A stretch of DNA of 64,000 nucleotides, taken from positions 290,898 through 354,897 of the forward strand of contig VAXW01000004.1 in NCBI GenBank assembly GCA_005884115.1. Direction: 5' to 3'. The stretch is from Actinomycetota bacterium (lineage in GTDB: Bacteria; Actinomycetota; Thermoleophilia; Solirubrobacterales; Solirubrobacteraceae). A model generated the notes under the pieces. That model saw only the letters and a program-made list of their open reading frames with translations. It was not told the origin of the DNA and did no database searches. Made by a program: the position numbers and the translations under genes. Positions 30,254 to 39,520 of the stretch are shown in pieces. Numbering within the stretch: position 1 is the stretch's first letter; the number at the start of each line of letters is the position of its first letter.

Positions 30254-31574
30254 GTGACACGGACGCTGTTGCGCGGAGCGCAGGTCGTGACGATGGCAGC
30301 CGGCCGGCCCGACGTCGAGCACGCCGACATGCTCATCGATGGAGACTGCATCAAGGCGATCGACGCCGCGCTCACCGCGGACGATGTCGAGATCCTCGAC
30401 CTAACCGGCCGGATCGTGATCCCGGGGCTTGTGAACGCGCATCTGCACACATGGCAGACCGCCCTGAGAGGCGTCGGCGGCGACTGGACACTGATGAGGT
30501 ATCTCACGGAGATGCATGGGCGACTGGCGGAGGCGTATCGGCCAGAGGACCTCCACATTGGGACGCTGGCGGGCGCGCTCAACCAGATCGGCAGGGGCAT
30601 CACGACGCTCGGTGACTGGTGCCACAACAACCCGACCCCCGACCACACCGACGCGGCAATCGACGCGCTGGAGCAGGCGGCGATCCGTGCCGTCTTCTTT
30701 CACGGCGCTCCGAAGCGTGCGCCCGATGTCGTTCACCCGGTCACTGAAGTTGACCGCATCCTTGAGGACACCGCCAGCTCGAGCCGGCTCAGCGTCGGCA
30801 TAGCGGCAAACGGTCCCCAGGGCTCGACCCCAGACGTCGCGATCGCCGACTTCGAAGCTGCCATTGAACGCGGCGCGGTCATCTCGATGCACCAAAGCGG
30901 CGGTGAGCCCGGTCCAGCATGGGACGCCGTGCGCGACGCAGGGCTGTTCGGATCTCACGCGAACATCGTTCACGGCGCAGGCCTGAGGTGACTGGGTCCG
31001 AGCGCTCGCCGCGACGGGCGCAACCTTCACGAGCACGCCCGAGAACGAGCTCGGCCAAGGCCACCAGGGAACGCCGATAGTCGCACGGCTACGCGACGCC
31101 GGCGCTCAGCCATCGTTGGGCACCGATACTGAGGCAGTCGTAGCGGGCGAGTTGCTCACGGCCGCACGTTTGGCACTAGCTCACCAGCGCGGCATCGACC
31201 ACGCGCGAGCGCAGTCGCCCGTAACCGATCAGAAGGCCACGGTCAAGGACGCCCTGTCGTGGGTGACAGTTGAGGGAGCACGTGCCCTCGGCTTGGAGGG
31301 TCGGGTTGGGCGGCTGCAGGCCGGAATGCAGGCAGATCTCACGGTGATCGACGCCCGCGCGCTGAACCTGTCACCGGCCAACGACCCGATCGCGACGGCA
31401 CTAAACGCGGGCGCCGAGAACATCGAGGCCGTGATGATCGGCGGCCGCTGGCGCAAGCGCGACCACCGCTTAGTGGATGTCGATCTCGACGAGATCAAAG
31501 GCCGGCTCTGCGAGTCCGCGGAGCGCCTGCTCCTGCCCAACAGAGTGACCCAGGGGCCCTATCTCCCCGACTGA
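30254..31574 (+). pseudogene. Amidohydrolase family gene split by a frameshift near 30985
   Basis: PGLVNAHLH...NIVHGAGL, stop at 30991; continues in another frame DWVRALAATG..TPENELGQGH..LGTD..GMQADL. Confidence 0.8.
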
Positions 31575-31744
31575 TCGAGCGGCGGCATCGATCCGCCGCG
31601 CGGGGTTTGAGTCAGGCACCCAGAAAGGCCTCGGCGGCTCCACCAGAGCCACCTCGCAAAAGGTTGCTTGATCTCTGGTTGATCCCTTGCGTAGGCAACG
31701 ACCATGCGAGAGGCCAAACGGCCCGACTTAGCTGGCATTTGCCA

Positions 31745-31787
31745 GTGGAGCCAACCGGGATCGAACCGGTGACCTCCTGCTTGCAAA
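31745..31787 (-). repeat. tRNA-Ala(TGC) 3' half #5
   Basis: GTGGAGCCAACCGGGATCGAACCGGTGACCTCCTGCTTGCAAA. Confidence 0.9.
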
Positions 31788-32052
31788 ACGAGCTGGCGGA
31801 CGCGCTACATAGCCCGATTTTCCTGCGTGTATCGGTGATTCTGGCTACCGGCACGCCGCTCGAATACGGCAGGATGAGGAGCGATTAGGCTGGGTTTGGG
31901 CAGCGGAACCGAACTGCTGCCCCACGATCCGTGTCAGGAACGAGCACTTCATAAGAGTCGTGCTTTGGGGGCAGTCCAATGCAGAGCGGCGAACCGACGA
32001 AGCCCCCGGGGCGCTCACATCCCTGTGAAGGAAAGACGCAATTTGTGAAGCT

Positions 32053-33303
32053 TTGGCGCTTATGCGGGTAGTAGGAGAGGCGACAAGTACTCGATGGATC
32101 TCCGCAATGCTCGGTAAGGCTCAACATTCCTTGAGGGCGCTCGCGTCTGGCGCGCTGCTCGCGGGGCTTATCGCGACGGTGGCTTGGACGACACCCGCCA
32201 GTGCTGCTAGCCCGGTCGGTGGCCTTCTCAATGGGGCGGGAAACGCCGTGGCCAACCAAAGCAAGCCGGTCGGCGAAACCGCAGCCACCGTCGTGAGCCA
32301 GCCGGTCCCCTCCAGCGCGGTCACTGCACCTTCGACTCCGTCCGTACTGGCAGATGCGTCGTCGCCTCCACCTTCTGCAGCTTCTCCGCCGTCTTCTGCA
32401 GCCTTGCGGGCCACTTCTTCGATCGTGCGCGCGTCCGCGTCGTCCCCCTCGCACGCCCCGAGATCGAGCGCCGCTGCTCAGCCGGTCAACCGGGCCGCCG
32501 GCACGAATACACGGCCCGCCCGCCAGATCACCTCCGCGGCGCCGAGCACGCTCAGGCAAGTGCAGCGCACGACCACCGGCGCCGTCGGCCAGATCACCTC
32601 CGCAGCGCCGAGCACGCTCAAGCAAGTGCAGCGCACGATCGGCGGCGGGACGATCGTCCGGCAGGTGACGCGGGCAGGCGGACGTCTCGCGTCGAGCCTC
32701 CGCCTCCCTCCGGCTTCGCCCTCGAGTCTCCTGTCCGTTGCTTCGCCCTCGAGTCTCCTGTCCGTTGCTTCGCTCTCGAGTCTCCTGTCCGTTGCCCGTC
32801 TATCTCCTCCCGGCGGCCTTCCTTTACTGCCCGTTCTTCCCTCTCCCGCTCCGTTGCTGGGCTCAGCGCTCATCGCTGTGGCGAGCGCCTACGGCCCGAC
32901 AGGCGGTGGCATCGGATCGAGCGCGACTCCGGTGTCCGCGTGGGTGACTTTCACGGCTCCGTCGGCGCCGAGCAGGTGGAGCCTGCCGCCGCCGCGTCAG
33001 TCGAGCACGAACGCCACCGGGCCGACAGCGGTCGCCGCAACCAGCGTCTTGGCCGGATCTAGCGCCACCATGGCCGCGACCCCGAGCGCGGGCGCACTGG
33101 CGCCTGTCAACGCTCCTCCGGCCCTGCCGGCGAGCGGCTTTTCGTCACTGGCCGGTTCGTCCTCGGGGTTCGCTCTCTCACTCTTCCTCCTTCTTGCGGG
33201 GCTCCTGGCATTGGGGGCTCCGTGGGCTAGGCGCCTCCTGAGACCTTCGGCTAGGCCGAGGCGTCCGGCGCCGTTCGTCTTGATTCCCGAGCGCCCCGGC
33301 TAG
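32053..33303 (+). CDS. Low-complexity secreted/membrane-anchored hypothetical protein (start uncertain)
   Basis: Signal-like N-terminus, Ser/Ala/Pro-rich body, C-terminal TM plus PERPG tail. Confidence 0.6.
   Translation: MALMRVVGEATSTRWISAMLGKAQHSLRALASGALLAGLIATVAWTTPASAASPVGGLLNGAGNAVANQSKPVGETAATVVSQPVPSSAVTAPSTPSVLADASSPPPSAASPPSSAALRATSSIVRASASSPSHAPRSSAAAQPVNRAAGTNTRPARQITSAAPSTLRQVQRTTTGAVGQITSAAPSTLKQVQRTIGGGTIVRQVTRAGGRLASSLRLPPASPSSLLSVASPSSLLSVASLSSLLSVARLSPPGGLPLLPVLPSPAPLLGSALIAVASAYGPTGGGIGSSATPVSAWVTFTAPSAPSRWSLPPPRQSSTNATGPTAVAATSVLAGSSATMAATPSAGALAPVNAPPALPASGFSSLAGSSSGFALSLFLLLAGLLALGAPWARRLLRPSARPRRPAPFVLIPERPG
32522..32795 (+). repeat. In-frame tandem repeats: 66-bp period (~2 copies) and 27-bp period (3 copies)
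   Basis: QITSAAPSTL(R/K)QVQRT twice; GCTTCGC(C/T)CTCGAGTCTCCTGTCCGTT three times. Confidence 0.85.
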
Positions 33304-33430
33304 CTCCTCCGGGCGACGTAGCGGCGTCGGATCCATCGCGGATCCAGCGCCGGATCCGGCTACGAGGTGCAGCTCGCCTCGGAAGACGGGTCGTCGGGAA
33401 TTAAGCCGAAAGCTCGAAAGGAGCTGAGCA

Positions 33431-34930
33431 ATGAAACGCCAAGTCACGGCGTCGCCGCCGGCTGGCCGCGATCCAAATGAGACCAAGACGCAACGGGTAT
33501 CAAGCAGATATACGGGTGTCGCCGGCGAGATGCCACGTAAGGTAAGGGCGCGTGAGGCGCTGCCGGGGGAGCTTCGTCAGCTCGAGCGCCTGTTCGCCGA
33601 CTGCGGGTGGCCGGACCGACGCGAGTTCGTGCAGGCTCGCAAGCGCGCCCGCGCCCGGGCGCTCGACGTGCTCGAAGGCAGCAGCTCAGGCGTGGACAGC
33701 AGCCGGATCGCCCTGCTGGTCGCCGCGGCGGAGCTGTTCGTGGCCTTCAGGATGGCGCTACCGGCGTCCGTACAGGAGGCCGCCTGCCTGGTGCAGCAGC
33801 TCGAAGACATCATCGGCATCCCGAGGATCGCACTCGCCAGGGAGGTGCTAAGAGCTCCCGAGCTTCTGACCATGTCACCTGCCGTGGCGGTCGAAGCGCA
33901 GCTCGGGGCGCTGATCGCGCTCGCGCCGCTGCGCAATGTATCGCTGTGGACGCTTAGGACGGCGGAGCACGCCAACTGCGTCCGCCACGTGGGTGACGGT
34001 TCTCGGTCCCGAGGTGCGCGGCAGCTGGCCGAGCGACTGCTGGCCGGCGAGATCACCGAGCCGACCGAGACGACCCCGCGACGCCTGCTGCTCGGCCTGC
34101 CGGTCGGTCGCCGTCCGCACCCTATCGCTGCGTTGGTCGCGTCCGCCAGGCCCGGGATGCGGGATAGTTCTCGCTGCTTCCTTGCGGATGCCGCGCCGAT
34201 CCTTGGCGCGGTCCTGGAGCGCGACGCCCTGCTTTCGGGAAGCGCCGCCTCGGAGCGCGCGCTCGTCGAGTCCAGCGAGCGTAAGCTCACCCGCTTGGGT
34301 TTCGATCTGCATGATGGTCCGATTCAGGACGTCGCGGTGCTCGCGCAGGACCTACGGCTCTTCCGCGATCAGCTCGAACTCGTGTACGGGCCACACACGC
34401 AGCAGAAGTTCGTGGGTGGCCGGATCGAAGACCTCGATGCCCAGCTCGTTGCTCTGGACGCTGAGCTACGTCGGCTCTCCAGCGAAGTCCGGGCCGCTTC
34501 GGTGCTGCTGAACAAGCCGTTCGACGAGGCCTTGCGTGACCGTATCCAGACCTTTGCCGCCCGCACAGGGATAGAGCCGCGCCTCACGCTTGCAGGTGAC
34601 ATGAACGTGCTTTCCACCTCTCAGCAGATCGCACTGTTGAACATCATTCAGGAGGCGCTGAGCAATATCCGCGAGCACGCCGACGCCACGGCGGTGGCGA
34701 TCAGCGTGTCGGTGGTCGCAGACCGCGTTCAGGCGAAGGTCGTCGACAACGGCCTGGGCTTCGATATCGAGAGCACCCTGATGCGCTCGGCTCGCGAAGG
34801 GCGCGTCGGATTGCTCGCGATGAACGAGCGAGTGCGCCTTCTGGGAGGACGGTGCCGGATCGAAAGCCGACATGGCGGCCCCACGGTCGTCTCCGTCACG
34901 CTTGAGCGCTGGTTGCCACTCCTCACCTGA
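33431..34930 (+). CDS. Cytoplasmic HisKA_3 (NarX/UhpB-type) histidine kinase
   Basis: GFDLHDGPIQ H-box, QEALSNIREHA, DNGLGF, GLLAMNERV. Confidence 0.85.
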   Translation: MKRQVTASPPAGRDPNETKTQRVSSRYTGVAGEMPRKVRAREALPGELRQLERLFADCGWPDRREFVQARKRARARALDVLEGSSSGVDSSRIALLVAAAELFVAFRMALPASVQEAACLVQQLEDIIGIPRIALAREVLRAPELLTMSPAVAVEAQLGALIALAPLRNVSLWTLRTAEHANCVRHVGDGSRSRGARQLAERLLAGEITEPTETTPRRLLLGLPVGRRPHPIAALVASARPGMRDSSRCFLADAAPILGAVLERDALLSGSAASERALVESSERKLTRLGFDLHDGPIQDVAVLAQDLRLFRDQLELVYGPHTQQKFVGGRIEDLDAQLVALDAELRRLSSEVRAASVLLNKPFDEALRDRIQTFAARTGIEPRLTLAGDMNVLSTSQQIALLNIIQEALSNIREHADATAVAISVSVVADRVQAKVVDNGLGFDIESTLMRSAREGRVGLLAMNERVRLLGGRCRIESRHGGPTVVSVTLERWLPLLT

Positions 34931-35650
34931 CGATGCCTCGTCATCACAGGTGGCCGTCTCCGCTAGCTCGTCTTCGCAATGCGCACCTGCACACCGGATG
35001 TGCGCAACAACGTGCGCCGAATGCTGATACGCACGATCGAGTCGGCCAACAAGAACATAGCTGCGTCGGGCGAGGTCGACCTGCGCGTGTGCGAGGAGTC
35101 TCTCGTGCCGAGCGACTCAGCCCCGGCGCGCTCCGGCGTCGGTTCGCGAGCTGCAGGAGCGTGAGCGCAGTCCGTGGATGCGCTCGCATCCACGCGACAC
35201 CCCCCGGCGTGGACCTGTTGCGCCGACCTCGCGATCTCGATTGAGCGGTTCTGATCAGCCGCGACACCACCGCTCGGACCCGGCTGATCTGCTGTTACGA
35301 CAGCAGGAGGTCGGGCTGGTCTCTGATCGCGCACGCCTTGCCAGCGACGTTACCGCCCTGGCGTGCTCGGTGACGCTCGTATTGATCTCAGTTAGCTCGT
35401 TGTTGCCATCGATGCGACGGCTGCCGCGATCGTGTCGACTTCCAATTGATGCGTGGTGCGCCTCGGTCCGAATCGGCCCCGTTCAAGCGCCGCGGACGAC
35501 TTGATTCGGGACACCGGGCTGCTGAGAATGCTCGACGACGGGCTCGACGTTGGGCACAAACGGGCACAAACCGCGATTCTGGGTCCTGCATCGCTCTATC
35601 GCGAGGCCCGGAGCATGAGCGGAAGAAGCCCATTTCCAGGCCATTTCTTA

Positions 35651-35693
35651 GTGGAGCCAACCGGGATCGAACCGGTGACCTCCTGCTTGCAAA
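35651..35693 (-). repeat. tRNA-Ala(TGC) 3' half #6 with arm-like repeats on both sides
   Basis: Identical to #5; GGGCACAAAC x2 at 35552-35571 and TGCTTAGTCCC x2 at 35800-35821. Confidence 0.9.
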
Positions 35694-36027
35694 ATCGGCG
35701 GGGGCCGTCGCGGGTGGTCGCCATAGGGCGTCAAAAGGCCGAACCACGGGGAGATTGAACGGGGAACGCGCGTCCTTGGGAGGCGATGTTTTCCGTATGT
35801 GCTTAGTCCCTGCTTAGTCCCTTCTGTGCCGGGGTGCCGAAGTGAGGAGAGACGCTTGAAGCATCCTACAGAGCACAAGATGCTCGGCCGCGCGTGCAGA
35901 CACACGGCCGCCGGCGACGGAGCGTCGCCGGCCGGCGGCTTCGGGATCAAGAGCCTGCAACCCGGACGAAGCCAGGGGCGTCTCGTAACCATTGCCCCCA
36001 ATCCTGCTTCCCACCGCTGCGGAGGGC

Positions 36028-36387
36028 TCAGCGTGCAAGCCCAGCAGGTAGCCGGGCGTCTCGACACTTTCTGCAGACGTTGGCTCCCTCTCGCCACTCT
36101 GGGTATTGCCCGGCGGTATAGCGCCGCGTTTCGCCGTTAGCGAGGTGCGAGATGAAGCGGTCGAAGTGCTCCAGATGCCAGCCACCGGGTTCTTGACGCA
36201 ACGCCGGCTGCCCCACACCGTGGATCCCACTCGGGCCTGCGACCGCCATATGCGGGCCGTGCGGCACTGCGCGCGAGTCCTTGCGAATGCTCACTCGCAC
36301 GATCACATCCTCGGCGGGCAGAGCTTGTCCACAGGCCGTGCAGGTCGCGTAGGAGGGCTGTGGGTCGGTCGCGGAACGGCGTTCCAA
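36028..36387 (-). CDS. Small hypothetical protein with two CxxC motifs
   Basis: CTAC and CRKC; GGAG upstream. Confidence 0.4.
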   Translation of the reverse strand: MERRSATDPQPSYATCTACGQALPAEDVIVRVSIRKDSRAVPHGPHMAVAGPSGIHGVGQPALRQEPGGWHLEHFDRFISHLANGETRRYTAGQYPEWREGANVCRKCRDARLPAGLAR

Positions 36388-36429
36388 CGGTCGCTCCAGG
36401 TTAGCGCCGGTGAGCGGGCGCTAATCGCA

Positions 36430-37049
36430 CAGAACCGCCTGCGCCGGACGGTGTGCGACGAACGACCCTCGGTGTCCACTCGTGGAACGGAGCTCCCCGG
36501 GCGGCCGCGAGCATCGGCTCCTCGCGCAGCAGTGCATCGCCCTTGGGGTCGATCACGATGGCTCCGTGGCAGCGCTCGATCAGCCGGCAGGCGATCCACG
36601 CCTCGCTGATCGTCTTGCCCGAGCCCGTCGCGCCGAGGACCAGCGCGTGCGATCCGGACTGAAAGCCCACGGGGACCGGGACCGGCATGCCGAGAACGTC
36701 CGCCCGACGATGAGCCGGCCCTCCCTGACCAAGCCACCGCGCCGCACGGCGCGACGCGCCACGTTGCGGACGATCAGCGCGCGGATCCCAAGCCGCGCGT
36801 GGGCGCCCTGGGCGAAGTCCGGGCCGTAGTCGAGGTCTTGCTTGTGCCAACTCGCCCCGAGCAGGCAGGCGAGCAGGCAAGCGCCCCACGCCGGCAGGAT
36901 CATCGGGCTCCTCTCGGGCCGAGCACGAGCAGGCTCGCCGGCAGGCCGAAGAAGGCCCAGGTCCGGCGCAGCCGGCGGCGCTCCAGGCCGCCGAGGAAGA
37001 CGACAGCACCCATCGCGAGCAGCCTCAGTCCGTGCCCAATGCTGTACAC
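36430..37049 (-). pseudogene. VirD4/TraD-like coupling ATPase, frameshifted and truncated
   Basis: AAGGAGG-GTG start, hydrophobic N-terminus, HALVLGATGSGKT Walker A, VIDPKGD; ends shortly after. Confidence 0.75.
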
Positions 37050-37060
37050 GGCTTACCTCC

Positions 37061-37560
37061 TTACGCTCTGCCCGCGACGAGGGCGGTGATGTCGTGAGGG
37101 CGAGGACAGTTACGCGGTCCTCGCAAGGCCAGGTCTGGACGGTGAAGCGCCGGGCCCCCGCCAGGGAGCTCGCCCAGCTTGACTGAGGCGATCAGCTTGC
37201 CGCGCTCGGCCTCCGCCGCTCGGATCTCGCGCTCGCTGAGCGGCTCCCAGCGCGAGAATGCCCCGTGCAGCGCGACTGCGACCGCAGCCAGCTCGGTCTC
37301 GTGGCGGAAGCCACCCGGGCCGACGCGGTAGACGCCGAGTCGAGACCGCGCCAGCGCAGGCCTTCGGCCGTGGCGATATACAGGCCGGGTTGGCGGTAGA
37401 GCAGAGTGCCCTGTTCGAGCAGGCTGCTGTGCACGAGCGCGGCCAGGCGCGCGTAGGCCCAGCCGCGGCCCATCGCGAAGCGCTCCATCAGGTGCTTGGC
37501 GCCGGCCGCACCGAGGCGCCCGATCCAATCGACGATTTCCGTATCCCGTTCGGTCTGCAC
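37061..37560 (-). pseudogene. Replication-relaxation-like (wHTH + PD-D/ExK) relaxase remnant
   Basis: TERDTEIVDWIGRLG...YIATAEGL, frameshift near 37345, FRHETELA...LSEREIR...HRPDLAL; C-terminus missing. Confidence 0.6.
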
Positions 37561-37570
37561 ACGGCCTCCT

Positions 37571-37722
37571 CGGCTCGATCGGGGATGACTGCTGCGTAGG
37601 GATGTCGGTACGGGCGCTCTTTAGACCCCCCCACCCGGTCGCGTCGGCCGGCCTCCGGGTTGGAGGGAGCGCGCGAAGCGCGCCAGCTCTCAGGCGGTTG
37701 CTTTCACGGGCGGTGACGCTGC
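37571..37722 (+). repeat. Copy 1 of a diverged ~150-bp non-coding repeat (oriT candidate)
   Basis: CGGCTCGATCG...TGGAGGGAGCGCGCGAAGCGCGCCAGCTCTCA...GCTTTCAC; also at 39130-39278. Confidence 0.7.
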
Positions 37723-38285
37723 CAGGGCACGTAGAGACGCGGGCCTTCGGCGCACCACAAACGCCGGCACCTCTCGGTGCCGGTGAGGTACACGTCCGAC
37801 GCGGGAGCTGCCGGGGACTGTGCAGCGGCAATCGAGCAGCTGCTCGGGCGCCCAGCGTTGGCAGTCTCCTTCGGGCTCCGCGTTGATCGAGCTGCGCTCA
37901 CGCTAGCGCCGGCCCCCCATCGCTTCTAACTGAGCGTTCTGTCTTGCCTCGCGCGTAGCGTCGTCGCTGCGGATTGCGACGACACCGAAGAGCTGGAGCA
38001 GGGCTCCGGGCGGCGCGTCCTCACTGCGCTGACTGGCTCGGCTCACTCAGAACGCCATACGAGAAGCGATGTGGGGTGCCGCCTAGCGAACCGTCCTTGT
38101 CCCGGAACCGTCTCGAAACCGTTTCACAGGGTTTCCTCCGACAAAGGCTCGATCCCTTCCCTGAGCGGCTTCTATCCCGACCTTGACCTCAGCAACACGG
38201 CCGTTGGGCGGCATCACGTGATGCCCCAATGGGGCCAGGTCCCCGCTGGTACGATGCACGACGCACTCAATTGACAGGGGGGACC

Positions 38286-39029
38286 GTGCGGTTTTTACGC
38301 AGGAATGCCATCGCGCTCACAGCGCTTGTCTTCGCGATGGGTGGCACCGGGCTCGCCGCGAGTCGGTACATCATCACGAGCACGAGCCAAATCAAGCCCA
38401 GCGTTGTCAGGGAGCTCCGCGAAGAACCACGCGCCGCGACAGCCACCGTACTCGCACCGGCTGCGAAAGGCGTTCACACCCTCCGCTCGCGAGCACGCAC
38501 AACGGGCGTGGTGACTGCAGCCTACAGCCCCAGTCTAAAGAGAGCGGTAGCACACGTCGGTTCGATCAAACGCACACGCGCCCGGATGGCGGAATACAGA
38601 AACTTCGTTGTGCCAATGACCAACACCTCTTGGCTTCAGTATCCAGAAGAACTGGTCGAGCTCATTGGGAAGGTCACGGTGACAAGACCGGACTGGGCTG
38701 AATGTGAAACAGAAAAAGACGAAATTGGCCCAGGGCACGAACGGCAACTTATACGCCTGTGGGTGCAACTCGATGGTCAAGTGATCGCCTTTTACCAGCA
38801 GTTAGGACAGTACGCCGGCTACGGCCCTCCTGGAGAAGGAGAACGGCCACCGGAAGCCGTGACAGAACCCATTATTTTCAACGCTATTGTCGGAGAATCG
38901 TCGGAGTGGTGGGTGTATCCATCGGGACGCGAAGAAAAACACACGATCGAAGTACTCGCGCAGGACAACTGCGTGACCGGTGGCTTTCCGATTGATTATC
39001 TGCTCGTTGACGCGCTTGGGGTGCGATAG
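38286..39029 (+). CDS. Secreted hypothetical protein, lower GC
   Basis: RRNAIALTALVFAMGGTGLAA signal-like N-terminus; A/T-rich codons. Confidence 0.65.
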   Translation: MRFLRRNAIALTALVFAMGGTGLAASRYIITSTSQIKPSVVRELREEPRAATATVLAPAAKGVHTLRSRARTTGVVTAAYSPSLKRAVAHVGSIKRTRARMAEYRNFVVPMTNTSWLQYPEELVELIGKVTVTRPDWAECETEKDEIGPGHERQLIRLWVQLDGQVIAFYQQLGQYAGYGPPGEGERPPEAVTEPIIFNAIVGESSEWWVYPSGREEKHTIEVLAQDNCVTGGFPIDYLLVDALGVR

Positions 39030-39129
39030 CCCGCCATATGGTCGCCTCAGGCGACCGCGAGGTGTTGTTGGGCGCCAATGGGCGCGCCGGGAAGGCCGGC
39101 TATCCCCCGGCTGTCTGTTGCGGTCGACC

Positions 39130-39278
39130 CGGCTCGATCGAGGGCGGGCATCGCTTACGTGTAGGTCAGACCGAGCTGTACACCCCCTCCGACCTGCCGC
39201 CTCGCCCTTGGGGATGGAGGGAGCGCGCGGAGCGCGCCAGCTCTCACGTGGTCGCTTTCACAGGGCGGTGGCGGCGCC
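39130..39278 (+). repeat. Copy 2 of the oriT-candidate repeat
   Basis: CGGCTCGATCG...TGGAGGGAGCGCGCGGAGCGCGCCAGCTCTCA...GCTTTCAC. Confidence 0.7.
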
Positions 39279-39520
39279 GCTAGCAACTGACTAGTCGAGT
39301 GGGCATGCCGCGCATCACAACGGCCGCCACCCCTCTACTATGAAGGAAGGCGATCTGTCAACGCGATCGGAATGATCGGTCATGGTCGCTCTCGTTGACA
39401 CGCTGGAGCGTGCCACCGAGGAGGCCCTCCTTCATCAGACTCAGTGCGGGTTTTTCGAAAGCCCCACCGCACGCCCGCCCGGCGATGGCGCGCTTGCGCA
39501 GCGAGATCGGGCTCAAGCGC

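Noticed and set aside
18546-35693. CRISPR array interpretation of the ~43-bp repeats
   Set aside because: Spacers are 2-6 kb and gene-bearing, the repeat is a tRNA 3' half, and no cas genes are visible.
31745-35730. Intact tRNA-Ala genes at halves #5/#6
   Set aside because: Sequence beyond the anticodon loop does not supply a 5' anticodon stem, D-arm or 5' acceptor strand.
20727-36097. Recurring small ORFs containing MQAGGHRFDPG or CKQEVTGSIP
   Set aside because: These are translations of the tRNA fragment, not a protein family.
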